Assembly: GCA_963700635.1 (NCBI GenBank)
Contig: CAVOYH010000005.1
Span: 247,949 to 311,948 of the forward strand
Direction: 5' to 3'
DNA from: an uncultured Bacteroidota bacterium
GTDB taxonomy: Bacteria; Bacteroidota; Ignavibacteria; UBA10030; UBA6906
Length of the DNA stretch: 64,000 bases
This document shows, in pieces, positions 39,136 to 51,826 of this stretch (its first letter is position 1; each line of letters opens with the position of its first letter). The position numbers and the translations under genes were made by a program. The notes beneath the pieces were generated by a model. That model was given only the letters and a program-made list of their open reading frames with translations. It made no database searches and had not been told where the DNA came from.

Positions 39136-41251
39136 ATGAAAACACGAACGGAAGGTATCCCGGAAGAAGAGGAGCATGGGCAGCACCATCCTCGCAATCA
39201 CCAGCACAAGCAGGAGCTCCCGGTTGTTCGGCCTGCGCACGGGCCGCGGGACCATGGAGGGCACGGCGCGCAGCGGGAAGCAGCACGACGAGCGCCACGG
39301 TTCCCACGAAGGGCATTCCGTGGAGGGTTTCAAAAAGCGGTTCTGGCGATCACTCATCATCACTGTTCCCATCCTTGTGCTCTCTCCCATGCTGCAACAT
39401 TGGGCAGGCCTCGGCGTTGTCCTCCGCTTCCGCGGAGATGTGTACCTGCTCTTTGTTTTGTCCTCTCTGATATTTTTCTATGGCGGGTATCCCTTTTTGA
39501 GAGGGTTTGTTGATGAGATGAAGCACCGAAGACCCGGCATGATGACACTGATCGCCGTTGCTATTTCCACAGCCTACATCTATAGCGCCGTTGTTGTGTT
39601 TGGTCTTGAAGGGGAAATCTTCTTCTGGGAAACTGCTACCCTTATCGATATCATGCTACTGGGCCACTGGATTGAAATGAAATCAGTGCTGGGAGCCTCA
39701 AGGGCGTTGGAGGAACTTGCAAAGCTCATGCCTTCTGATGCTCACAAGATTATGCCAGATGGGAAGACTCAAGACATCCCGTTGGGGGAACTTGTGGCAG
39801 GCGACCGTGTACTCATAAAGCCAGGAGAAAAGGTCCCTGCGGACGGTGATGTCGTCGGCGGCGCATCATCCGTCAATGAGTCGATGCTGACGGGTGAATC
39901 GAACCCGGTGCACAAGAAAACGGGCGAGAAGGTGATCGGCGGAGCGATCAACGGTGAAGGGTCCCTCACCGTGGAAGTGAAAAGAACCGGCAAGGAATCG
40001 TTCCTTTCGCAGGTGATCGATCTGGTCAAAGAAGCGCAGCAGAGCAAATCCAGAACGCAAGATCTCGCAAACCGCGCAGCGCTCTGGCTCACGATCACCG
40101 CACTTGCAGGTGGTGCGATCACCTTATTCGTCTGGCTCACCGTAGTGAACCAGAGCGTCGCTTTTGCGCTGGAAAGGACTGTGACGGTCATGGTGATTGC
40201 ATGTCCTCATGCGCTCGGTCTTGCGATTCCACTTGTTGTTGCCGTATCAACCGCCCTCTCAGCGAAGCATGGATTGTTGATCCGCAACCGTGCCTCTTTC
40301 GAAATCGCGAGAAACATTCAAGCCGTCATCTTCGACAAGACGGGCACCCTGACCGAAGGACAATTCGGAGTTACTGATATCCTGAAGTTCGGGACTGAGT
40401 ACGGCGAAAAGGAAATTGTTCGGTTAGCCGGTTCAGTCGAAACACATTCCGAGCATCCGATCGCTCGGGGGATTGTGCGATCAGCGGGGGAGCTTGTGAG
40501 TGTTGAGAGTTTCAAAGCGATTCCCGGTAAAGGAGCCGAAGGAATTGTGAACGGAAAAGCGGTGAAGGTCGTGAGTCCGGGCTACCTTCGTGAACACAAC
40601 ATCACAGCGGATACGGAAAAGATTGAAAAGCTCAGTGAACAAGGTAAGACTGTGGTCTTTGTTCTGATCGATGGCAAAGTCTCCGGTGCGGTTGCGCTTG
40701 CCGACATTATTCGACCTGAATCGAAGAACGCCATAACCATGCTCAGAGAAATGGGGGTCCGATCGATGATGCTGACGGGCGACAACAGGAAGGTGGCGAA
40801 GTGGGTTTCTGAGGAACTTGGACTGGACGAGTATTTCGCGGAAGTTCTCCCGCATGCGAAAGCAGCAAAGATCAAGGAAGTCCAGTCGAGAGGACTCGTT
40901 GTCGCGATGACCGGCGATGGCATCAATGACGCACCCGCATTGGCACAGGCGGATGTTGGTATTGCGATCGGCGCGGGAACGGATGTAGCTGTTGAAACTG
41001 CTGACATCATTCTTGTCAGGAGTAATCCGGAGGATGTTGTCGCGTTGATTAAGCTCGCGAAAGCGACATACAGGAAGATGGTGCAAAACCTTGCCTGGGC
41101 AACCGGGTATAATGCCGTAGCGATGCCGCTTGCTGCCGGGGTGCTCTACAGCTTCGGCATCCTGCTGAACCCTGCAATGGGTGCCGTGCTCATGTCCGTC
41201 AGTACGATTGTTGTTGCCATCAACGCGCGGCTCCTGAGGGTTCCCCGGTAA
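39136..41251 (+). CDS. copB: Copper-translocating P1B-type ATPase (CopB-like); His-rich N-terminus split by a frameshift near 39265
   Basis: TGES, CPH, DKTGT, SEHP, GDGIND, YN and MSxST motifs; His-rich ORF from ATG 39136 joins the main frame of 39176..41251. Confidence 0.93.
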
Positions 41252-41358
41252 CGGCGCGCGTCGATCACAATTGCGGTCCTGCTGTATTGTACCTGGCCAC
41301 CCAACAATACACTGCGGGCCGGCCTTATTGTTGTCATCTCATATCAAACGGAGTATGT

Positions 41359-42204
41359 ATGAACAAATTGATCCCCCTCGTCAGCGCCTTTGTGCTGCTG
41401 GCTGGAACCACCGCTCTTGCCCAGCACCATAGAAGTAATTGGGTCTATAGGTCGGCGACCGACACCACTATCGTCCAGTGCTGGAATGATTCACTTACTG
41501 CCATTGGGTTCCCTCCGAACTCTATGACCATGATGATGATGCCCGATTCGATCTATTGTCGGATCGATCGAATGAACATGGACAGCCTCGATTATCCACA
41601 CGATTCCACGTTTATTGGATGGTACCGTGTGCAAGCGGGAAGAGATAGTGCGCATTTTGACATGATGAACGGCGACAGTGCACACGGAAGCCGTAACATG
41701 ATGCAGTTTTTGAAGAATGTATCCTGTCAGTTCCACTGGGACAGTGTGATGGCTGATTCCGCACATCGTCACTGGCGCCCGACGGACTTGAGGGGTTGGA
41801 ATGGATCAAGCTGGGTCAGACTCGGCAGTACAATCAATGGAAACATTGCGTTCCTGACGACCGATCAGATCTACTCTGCTTTTGCGTTCACAGGCATATC
41901 TTCCGGAACGGTTTCAGTAGTCAATCGATATGTTATCATTGGAGAGTATTGGCTCGATCAGAATTACCCCAATCCATTTAATCCCTCCACGACCATTCCG
42001 TTTGTCATCCCCAAAGCGGAGTTTGTGTCGTTGAAAGTCTTCAATTCATTGGGACAGGATATCGCCACCATCGTGAACGGACCACGAGCGGCGGGCAATC
42101 ATCGTGTCACGTGGGATGCCGGACAGGTTCCCAGCGGTGTCTACTTCTACCGAATTTCAGCTGGTAGCTTCGTCCAGACGAGAACGCTCCACCTTGTCCG
42201 CTAA
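41359..42204 (+). CDS. Secreted Met/His-containing protein with T9SS type A C-terminal domain
   Basis: Signal peptide, SMTMMMMPD, HFDMM and NMM motifs; QNYPNPFNPST..PSGVYFYRI. Confidence 0.85.
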   Translation: MNKLIPLVSAFVLLAGTTALAQHHRSNWVYRSATDTTIVQCWNDSLTAIGFPPNSMTMMMMPDSIYCRIDRMNMDSLDYPHDSTFIGWYRVQAGRDSAHFDMMNGDSAHGSRNMMQFLKNVSCQFHWDSVMADSAHRHWRPTDLRGWNGSSWVRLGSTINGNIAFLTTDQIYSAFAFTGISSGTVSVVNRYVIIGEYWLDQNYPNPFNPSTTIPFVIPKAEFVSLKVFNSLGQDIATIVNGPRAAGNHRVTWDAGQVPSGVYFYRISAGSFVQTRTLHLVR

Positions 42205-42284
42205 TGGGCGACAAACAAAGAGCATGAGCCAAAACCATCTTGTGAGAAAACCCGGCGTACAGCACACAAAAAGGAACGGAAAAC

Positions 42285-42470
42285 ATGAAAACGCTCAAAT
42301 GTGATCTCTGCGATGTAACGGCGAAAGGTGAAACATTTGAAGATTGGATGAAAGCCCTTCAACCTCATTACATGGAGGCCCATGCCGAAGTAATGAAAGA
42401 CCCCCATCGTACGAAGGAGGACATGGGGAAGTGGATGGCTGAAAATAAGGCACGGTTTGACGCTGCCTGA
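42285..42470 (+). CDS. Small CxxC/His protein (DUF1059-like)
   Basis: MKTLKCDLCD..GETFEDW..HYMEAH. Confidence 0.75.
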   Translation: MKTLKCDLCDVTAKGETFEDWMKALQPHYMEAHAEVMKDPHRTKEDMGKWMAENKARFDAA

Positions 42471-42508
42471 AATCTTCAGCCGTCATTTGTGAAGAAGGTG
42501 GAATAACC

Positions 42509-42537
42509 TTGACAATATTCGTGCGGAGAGGTATTAT
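42509..42537 (+). promoter_or_regulatory. Near-consensus sigma70-type promoter
   Basis: TTGACA-17 nt-TATTAT. Confidence 0.65.
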
Positions 42538-42594
42538 TGAAAAGGGGACAACGGGCCGCCATGCCCAATTCGGACCACATGGGGGTATAAAGTT

Positions 42595-43099
42595 ATGCGA
42601 CTCCTTGCCAGAGGTGTCCCGGGTAACATACGGTCGGTGATACTCCTGCTGGCCATCGTGGTCGCCTCCCTCCCTTCGCTTCATGCACAACCCCGTATCC
42701 TGTTTCTCCACATCCACTTACGATGGCGATACGGTCACACTGCTGAATTCAACGGTGCGACCTGGCGTGGCAAAGCATATGCCATCCTCCGATTACGTGC
42801 GATCGTTTCACTATGAACTACGATCGTCAGCAGGGAGCCTTCTTCTGCATGGCTCAATGGACGATCCTTCAGTGCACCGGTACGAGTACGAAGATCCGGA
42901 CCGGCCGGGACAACTTGCCATCAGAGAAGTCAGGACTGAGAAATCCGAGTTCGTGCTCCGTGTTCCCCTCATGGACGGAGTGGATCACATTGAATTCTAT
43001 CGCATTGACGATATGCCCGGGGAAGTGACAAAGGTCGCCGGCGCCAGACGAAGCATCGGCAGAATCCAGCTGGACAGCATAGGGAGGGGAGAAGAATGA
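42595..43099 (+). CDS. Hypothetical secreted protein coupled to the M64 peptidase; frameshift near 42718
   Basis: Signal peptide in ORF 42595..42816, body in ORF 42683..43099; ATGA overlap with the next gene. Confidence 0.65.
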
Positions 43100-45527
43100 G
43101 GAAGCGGGGCGTCTTCTTCGTTCTGACCTGCCTGATCCTCGCCCCCGCGCTTCACCAGGGTGCTCTTTCACAGCCCGTCCTCCATTCGCTGCTGATTAAC
43201 GGGCCCACCTCAAAGCGGATCAATGTTGTATTTTTCTCCGAGGGATATACGGCCGGTCAGGTCTCACAGTATCTGACCGATGCAACAGGCTGTCTGAATA
43301 CCCTCATGAATACTGCGCCGTTTAATTCGTACGGCGGGTATTTTAATGCATTTGCAGTTTCGGTAGCGTCAAATGAGTCCGGCTCCGATCATCCCTCGAG
43401 GAGCGTGTATCGGGATACGTATTTTAACAGTACGTACGACAGTCAGGGAATCGCACGACTCATCACCATAGATGGGACGGGGAGCACCCGCATGTACCAG
43501 TTGCTCCAGAACCTGATGCCCGAGTATGACCTGATCGTCATGCTGGTGAATGATCCGGAATATGGCGGCTCCGGGGGATCCATTGCGATTGCGTCGGTTC
43601 ACCCCTCTTCGGCCGAGATTACCTTGCACGAACTGGGTCATTCTTTTGGCCGTCTTGCCGACGAATACGAATCCTCTATTCCCTCCCCGCCGTCCGGTGG
43701 GGGCCCGAATGTCACACAGGAAACCATCCGCACCCAGATCAAGTGGCGTACGTGGATTCTGGAGAGCACTCCCGTTCCCACCCCGGAAATTTCAACCTAC
43801 AATGATGTTGTGGGGCTGTTTGAGGGCGCATATTACAGGACTACTGGCTGGTACAGGCCGAAACTCAATTGTATGATGCGTTCTCTGAGCATGCCTTTTT
43901 GCGAGGTATGCAAGGAAGAGCTGGTAAAATCGGTCTATGGTCTGCTCAGGCCAATCGAGTCGTTCCTGCCTTCCACAGTTTCATTCTCACTGAGGGATTC
44001 ACAAACCACTACGCTGAGCGTTCTGGTGCTCGACCCGGCGTCGCACGATATGCGTATTCAGTGGTATGTCGACGGGGTTCATCGCACCACGGCCACGAGT
44101 CCGCAGTTCGTTGCTTCGCCGCGAAACCTGGGAATCGGACCACATACGGTCAAGGTCGTCGTGTGGGATACCACGACAATGGTGAGAAACGATCCATCGG
44201 GCCGTCTGCGGGACTCAACAAGTTGGTCCATCCTGGTGACCTCCGTCCTCCCCGTTGCCAGGGTCCCTGGAGGTTCTGGTGAAGAACATTCCCGGTTGGG
44301 ATTCCATCGGTACGGAAGGCGTCGTGAAACTCTATGATAGATATGGTCAGCTGGTAGACACGGGTTCGACAGATGCCGGCGGCGTGGCGACCTTTCGCAA
44401 CCTGGAGACCGACACCGGTTATGTCTACGACGTCTTTGCAGTTCCGTCCGATAGCGGCAGGGTATTTGGCGAAGAATTTTGGGGCCGCTCCACCCCCGTT
44501 GTCATAACGGATGCGGAGACCACCCGGTCTACATTCATTCGGAATCTTCCCTTCGCATCGGATATTCTCGTCCAGGTCAAGGATACAGGCATCAACGTGC
44601 GTGGAGATTCTGTGGCTTTCGGAACGCACTTGGTGATCTCACTAGGGGTGACGAACCGAATGGACCCGGCGGCGCCACCCGGAACGTCAGAGGCCGGCTT
44701 GTTATAGACAGAGTCCAGTCCCCTCCATTTGCATTTGACACAACGGGTGGAGTGCAGACACTTTCGGCAGGGTCCACGCAATATTTCTTGTATGACTACA
44801 TTGTTCGCGACACCGGTGACGACTACCGGGAATCGGCGGACTTTTATCACGTTGCATCGGTGATCACTGATGCGGCGGCTCACCTGTCTGCACTGATGGT
44901 GGCCGATGGGGAGATACGCCGCTCTTTACCGTGGCCAGACAGAGCCCCTTGCCGGAATCCCCCGTGCTGATCGCCCCTGCGAATGGTCAGGTGATTGCAG
45001 CTGACACTGTCCGCTTTGTTTGGAGACAGGCCCTTCCCGGAACTTCCCGCTATTGGTTCGAGCGCGCAAGTGATTCATTGTTCAGTACCTCCATGGTGGA
45101 TAGTACTCTTGTTGACACAACGACCGTTGCGCACTCCCTCCCGGCACTCCAAACATTCTGGTGGAAAGTCAGAGCGTGTAACGCCGCCGGTTGGGGGCGG
45201 TTCGGAGAAGTGCGCCGATTTTCAGTAAAAGTCACAGGCCTAGCTCAAAGTTCCGGTATGCCGGTGGAGTTTGGGCTTTCGCAGAACCACCCGAATCCAT
45301 TTAATCCGGGCACAACTATAATGTACCAGTTGCCGGGAGCCTCGATGGTGAGGTTGAGTGTCTTTGATCTTCTTGGCCGCGAAATTTCAGTGCTGGTGAA
45401 TGAGCGGGTTGAAGGTGGCACTCATAAGATCAGTTTTGATGGACACGGGCTGGCGAGCGGAACGTACCTCTGCCGATTACATGCGGGCGACTTTGTGTCG
45501 GTGAAACGGATGCTTTTCATAAAATGA
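43096..45527 (+). CDS. M64 (IgA peptidase family) metallopeptidase with T9SS C-terminal domain; three apparent frameshifts (~44255, ~44670, ~44925)
   Basis: SEGYT, YGGSG, HELGHSFGRLADEY, GLFEGA and CMM..FCEVC motifs; last piece QNHPNPFNP..ASGTYLCRL. Confidence 0.82.
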
Positions 45528-45758
45528 CCCAGGATGCACAGGGGTATGGGGTCGCCGGCCGTGAGCAGGATCACACAGTGTGTCCGGGAGCACACTGCAG
45601 AACCGACTTTTCTTGACTCTTACTACCCGCATTGGTATTTTAGCTCTACAGAAACGCGTGAAGTGGGGGGACCGAGATGGGGAAGCACACCTGAAGCCTC
45701 TTCTGTCCTGATAAAGCGGAGAGGCTTTTGTGTTTATGTCGGATTTCGAGGGGATACT

Positions 45759-48700
45759 TTGACTCTGCGACTCCGGTATATACTTTCTTTGGTACTCTTG
45801 CTGGTCACCAGTGAGAGCGTAAGTATTGCCGCCAAGCTCTCGGTCGGCGTTTCCGGCCAGCGGGAAATCTGGTTGGTCGTCGATTCAACGTTCCACGCAG
45901 ACTTTGGACTTTCCTATCCCGTAACCTACAGGATAGGGATCACTCCGGGCCAGAATAACCTCCAGGCCTTCACCCGGCACAGCCCAACTGCGGCTTGGGA
46001 GGCCCTGCCGGAGAAGACCCCGGGCGACTTTTTTAACGGCATCGAAGCTGTCAGATTCGACTACGCCGCGGGATTGCTTACGTTTCGGCAACGTTTGATT
46101 CCGAGAGCGACCTCCTCATGGTCCGGATTCTCGATGAATCGAGCCAGCCCATCCTGGTCTCCTTCGAGGGGATCTGCCGGTATTATGATGACCGGGCCGC
46201 GGCAGTGGTGATCAGCCTGGATGACTGGAAGACCTCAACATTGCAGGATTTTCAGACTGCCATTTCTCTCTTCCGGTCCTATAATCTTCCCATGACGATC
46301 GGCATCATCACCGGTGGGGTGGAAGACAGCGATACATGGCAGGAGATACAGAGCCAGATCGATGTGGGAGATATTGAACCTGCCTCCCATACACGTACAC
46401 ATCCGCGATGGCCGGACTACGCCGACATAACCTCGGAAATTTCGGGATCGAAGACAGATCTGCTTGACAACCTGATATACCCGCCACAGTACCGGAAGGG
46501 TTCCAGTGAGTACGTATACTCCCTCATCGTACCTTATGGTGAGACCGACAGCATACTCGAAGACGCCATAACAAGCGCACAGTATCTTAATGACAGGCTT
46601 GTGGGTCACACCACGGGCGATTTCAAGGCGTGGAATCCTGCATCCAACCGGTACGAATCCGACGGCACGCTCATCGAAATGGGACCTCCCTGGGGCACTA
46701 CGAGTCAACCAGAGCTCGACTCGGCGTTTATTACCAAGCTCACCGCAGGGAAGATCTACCATCTGCTTAACCATCCCAATGCCATGACGGAGAACGGGCA
46801 ATGGGACGAGCCGTACTTGAGTGGCCATCTTTCTACCATAAGTAACCGGAACGATGTCTGGTACACGACGTACGGACATCTCTACCTGTATCACCTGCTT
46901 CCCGATTCGGCGACCGGCGCAACGGTTGCGCTGGAATTACCGCCGACGATCACACTTCATCCTGCGGATCAAACGGTATCGGTCGGGGAAAGCGCAACGT
47001 TCACGGTTGCTGCAGGCAGTCCCGGAGGGTTGGTGTACCAGTGGCTGAAGGATGGAATCATCATCGGCGGTGCAACGTCGGCTTCGTACGCAACGCCTCC
47101 GGTGGAAGAGAGTGATGAAGGCGCCACATTCCGTTGTGTTGTGAGTAACGCCGTGGGGAGTGATACGAGCAACAGTGCAACACTCTTCCTGCAGCCACCC
47201 CAGCCTCCGACGATTCTCACCGGTCCTGTGGACGTGACGGTGACTGCAGGTGGAACTGCGCTCTTCACTGTGTCCTGTGCGGGAACAAAGCCATTGACCT
47301 GCCAGTGGCAAAAAAATGGTACGGACATCCCCGGGGCGGTGGATTCAGATCTATGTCACGCCTCCCACGACGATCGCTGACAGTGGTGCCACATTTCGAT
47401 GCATCGTTACCAACGCAACGGGTCGGGATACCAGCAGTGTTGCAACTCTCTCCGTGAACCCCCCGCCCCCTGCAATCGTCTCGGACGATTTTAGCTCCCT
47501 TACTCTTGACAGCTCTATCTGGACATTTCGTTGACCGCAGGGCGATGCGACGGTCTCTATGGTGGGAACGGGCACCCAGGATGCCCGTGTATCTCTCCAT
47601 GTTCCCGGCGGCATCTCACATGATGCCTACACGGGAGGTGTGCTGGCCCCGCACCTCGTGCAGAATATCCCCAATATCGATTTTGAAGTCGAGGTAAAAT
47701 TTGACGGGCCGATGACGTCGGCATATCAGGTGGAGGGTATTCTGGTGCAACAAGATGCCAACCACATCGTGCGGGCCGACTTCGTTCACGAGCAAACATC
47801 GCTTCAATTTTATTCTGCCGTTATCGTCAACGGCGTGGTGGATGTGCGGGCGGATGTGACAATTCCGTTGATCCCTCCGTTGTATGTCAGGCTTAACAGA
47901 ACCGGCGACACATGGACGGCCTCATATTCCGGCGATGGGGCAACATGGACGGTTGGAGCCACATTTACCCATGCCATGGAAGTGACAAAGATTGGGCCGT
48001 GGGCAGGGAATGCCGGAACCGTTGCGCCGGAGTTCACGGCCCTGGTGGACTATTTTTTCAACACATCATCTCCGATTGTTCCGGAAGATGATCAGGGCGG
48101 ATTTGTAGCGGCTTCTGTTACACAGGAGCCATCGGATCAAACAATTCTGGTCGGTGAAACTGCAACGTTTACGGCGCTTGCAACCGGCACTGCTCCGATT
48201 TCTTATCAGTGGCAGAAGAACAACGTCAATATTTCCGGTGCCACAGCCACGTCCTATACAACGCCGGCGGTTGTCCTTTCCGACAGCGGCAGCGTCTACC
48301 GTGTAATCGTGGCCAACGTCGTCGGGAGCGACACGAGCATTGGAGCAATGTTGAGAGTGAACCGTACGCCCCTGCCGGCTATCACACCAAATCGTATCGT
48401 CGTGCTCGGTTCCTCAACGGCTGAGGGCGCGTCTGCAAACCCGCTGGACAGCTCATGGGCACGGAAATACGCGCGCTACATCCAGACGATGTACCCGGCT
48501 TCCACACTCTTCAATCTCGCGATAGGGGGGTTTACAACGTTTAATGTGATGCCGACGGGATTCGTTCCCCCGGCCCCATGGAACCGTCCCGACCTTCAGC
48601 CGGCGGTGGGAAATAACATTACCCGGGCTCTGGAACTAAACCCGGATCTTATCATCATCAACCTTCCCACAAACGACTGCAACGAGTATATACCCATTGC

Positions 48701-50207
48701 TCAACAAATATCCAATTACGATACTGTTATAGCGCTCGCCGCAGCCCGTGGCATAGAAGTCTACCTGAGCACATCACAACCCAGGAACAGCGATCCGGCA
48801 ACTCGGGCCCTGCTGATCCAGTTGTTTGCTGAAACAAATAGCCGTTATGGCCAGCGGGCAATAGATTTCTGGTCGGGCCTGGCTGATACGCAGCGGGTTC
48901 ATTCTGCCCGCGTACAATGCAGACAATACTCATTTTAACAATGCAGGTCACGCAATACTTTTCGAACGCGTGAAGAATGCGATCCCTATCGCAAGCCCCA
49001 ACGTCAAAGCCCGGTCACGCTTCACCCGGATTCGCTTACGGTGAATGAAGGTTCTCCGGCTCAATTCCTGGTTGTCGCAACGGGCACAAAACCGCTGAGT
49101 TACCAGTGGCAGCGGGATACGGTGTCGATCTCCGGAGCGATGGATTCCATGTACACGATAGCGGCAACGGTGCGTGCTGACAGCGGGGCGTTGTTCAGAT
49201 GCATTGTGAGCAATACGATAGGGAGTGACACCAGCATTGCGGCGCGCCTGCACGTGCTCCGTCTCGACAGCGCCAAGATCACCGTGCATCCAGACAGTGT
49301 AACGGTGAATGAAGGTTCTCCGGCTCAATTCCTGGTTGTCGCAACCGGCACAAAACCGCTGAGTTACCAGTGGCAGCGGGATACGGTGTCGATCTCCGGA
49401 GCGACGGATTCCATGTACACGATAGCGGCAACGGTGCATGCTGACAGCGGGGCGTTGTTCAGATGCATTGTGAGCAACATTGCAGGCAACGACACCAGCA
49501 GGTTTGGACTGTTGCGCGTGACCGTGGGTCCGCCCCCGCTTCCGGTTCTGGTTGCAGTAAAGGTCTACCTGCAGGGCCCGATGGTGGATACCGTGATGAG
49601 TACCAATCTGCTCAACGCGGGTGTTATCCCGTTGATGCAGCCCTACGCAGCCGCCCCGTGGAACTATGCAGGCACGGACTCAGTGAATGCGATTCCCGCC
49701 GGGGTTGTGGACTGGGTGCTGATCGAGCTGCGCAGTGACACAGCATCGACAACGACCCTCGCTTCGAGTGCAGCATTTGTCAAAAGTGACGGCGCGGTGG
49801 TGGATCTGGACGGGACGAGCGCCGTAGCGTTTTCCTCGCTCGATTCCGGAAACTATTTCATTGTTGTGCGTCATAGAAATCATCTGCCGGTGATGAGCTC
49901 GGCACGTGTGGTGTGCGACATTGATACTTCCCCATCTCCGTACGATTTCAGCTTATCCCAATCGAGCGCGTTTAGCACCGGTGCGGACGGTTTGAAAGCG
50001 GTGGGGACAAAGTTTGCCATGTTTTCGGGAGATGGCAATGGAGACGGTTTCATCAATGCGATTGACCGTAATACTGTGTGGCGCGTTCAGAACGGCACTC
50101 TTAACGTGTACGCACGCGGTGATTTTAACCTCGACGCGAATGTGAATGCCACGGACAGGAATCTCTTTTGGCGGGTTAATAATGGCGCCCTATCACAGGT
50201 CCCATAG
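45759..50207 (+). CDS. Large secreted multidomain protein (NodB-type deacetylase, Ig repeats, ConA/DUF1349-like, SGNH esterase, dockerin-like end), ~1480 aa, broken by several indels
   Basis: ISLDD and ASHTRTHP (CE4); YQWxK..YxCxVxN Ig repeats; LGSS, GG, PTND and off-frame DNTH (SGNH); KVYLQGP..HRNHL..GDGNGDG..GDFNLD. Confidence 0.75.
49038..49477 (+). repeat. Near-identical direct repeat, ~176 bp with 264-bp period, encoding duplicated Ig domains
   Basis: ACGGTGAATGAAGGTTCTCCGGCT...GCATTGTGAGCAA at 49038-49213 and 49302-49477 with few substitutions. Confidence 0.92.
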
Positions 50208-50317
50208 AGTTTGTGACACGGTCCACACGATCCGTTATTCCAATTGCGCCGAAGACGATTTTTCCATCGGTCATATGGTGAGTTATAACTCAGAGATACC
50301 GTCCACAGACCCTCCTC

Positions 50318-51726
50318 ATGTCCACCTCGACAGATCTGTTGCAACCGGAACCGGTCAGTAAGCAGGCCGCCCTCCTCGTTGCAAGCCTCGCGTCATTTCT
50401 GACTCCATTTCTTGGGTCTTCAATCAATGTTGCGCTTCCCTCGCTCGGAAGAGAATTCGGCATGAGTGCCATCCTCCTGGGCTGGGTCCCGACCTCGTAC
50501 CTTCTCTCCGTCTGCCGTGTTGCTTATTCCATTCGGCCGCTTCGCCGACATCAGCGGCAGGAGGCGGATCTTCCTGGGGGGTATTATCCTCCACACGATC
50601 GCGTCATTGTTGTGCGGCATAGCGCCCTCATCCGGACTTCTCCTTTCCGCCCGCGTGCTGCAGGGGATCAGTGCCGCCATGATGTCCGGCACGAGCATGG
50701 CAATCCTTATCACTGTCTTTCCTGCGCATGAGCGTGGGAGGGTGCTGGGAATAAACACGGCAGCCGTGTATGTGGGCCTTTCACTCGGACCCTTCATCGG
50801 CGGTGTTCTGACCCAGCAGCTCGGATGGAGGAGTGTCTTCCTGCTGAAACGTTCCCCTCGGGATACTGATGGCCGTGGTGGTGATGATCAAGATGAGAGG
50901 GGAGTGGACGGAGTCACGCGGGGCGCGGTTCGATGTTACGGGATCCATTCTGTATTGCGTCGGGCTGGTGGCGCTTATGTACGGCTTTTCACGCCTGACC
51001 GAAACCGACGGAATCCTGCTTTTCGGAAGCGGACTCCTCCTGCTGGTCGTGTTTGTCATGTGGGAAGTGCGGGCGCCAAGCCCTGTGCTCGACATAAGTC
51101 TCTTCCGGCACAACCGTATCTTTGCCTTCTCCAACCTTGCGGCGTTCATCAACTACAGCGCCACGTTTTCAGTGAGCTTTCTGCTGGGGATTTACCTTAT
51201 GTTCCTTCGCGGGCTGAATCCGCAGGAGGCGGGATTGGTGTTGCTGGTGCAGCCCGTAGTGATGGCGGTCGGTTCACCGTTCGCAGGGCGGCTGTCCGAC
51301 CGCGTCGAGCCGCGCATTGTCGCGTCAGCTGGGATGGGACTCATTGTTGTGGGACTGATCTACTTCTCTTTCCTGACTTCAACAACTCCTTTTCCGTTGA
51401 TCATTGTGGCCCTTGCCGTACTCGGGCTGGGTTTCGCACTCTTTTCCTCCCCGAACAGCAATGCCGTGATGGGATCTGTAGACAAGAAGGTGTATGGCGT
51501 TGCGGCCGGGACGCTGGCGACGATGCGGATGACGGGACAAACGCTGAGCATCGGCGTTGCCATGCTGGTCTTCGGAGTCGTGATCGGCCGGGTGCAGATC
51601 ACGCCGGAGTACTTTCCGGAGTTGCTGCAGAGCGTCCGGATTGCGTTCGGGATCTCGGCTGTCCTGTGTGCTGGAGGAGTTCTGGCATCGCTGGCGAGGG
51701 GGAGTAGGGCCGAGACGACACCGTAG
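50318..51726 (+). CDS. MFS transporter (EmrB/QacA-like); frameshifts near 50510 and 50850
   Basis: SSINVALP, FGRFADISGRRR, ERGRVLG, GPFIGG, GRLSDR and FSSPN motifs across three consecutive ORFs. Confidence 0.88.
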
Positions 51727-51826
51727 ATGCAGGACATATACGGGCCATTTGAAACTCTTCAGATAGTTCTTATATTTCGATGCATATCACGCAACCTTTG
51801 ATCACCATATCCTTAGGCTCAACTCC

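Noticed and set aside
47532-47534. In-frame TGA as selenocysteine or readthrough
   Set aside because: Better explained by two compensating homopolymer indels restoring F-V-D-P; no SECIS-like context
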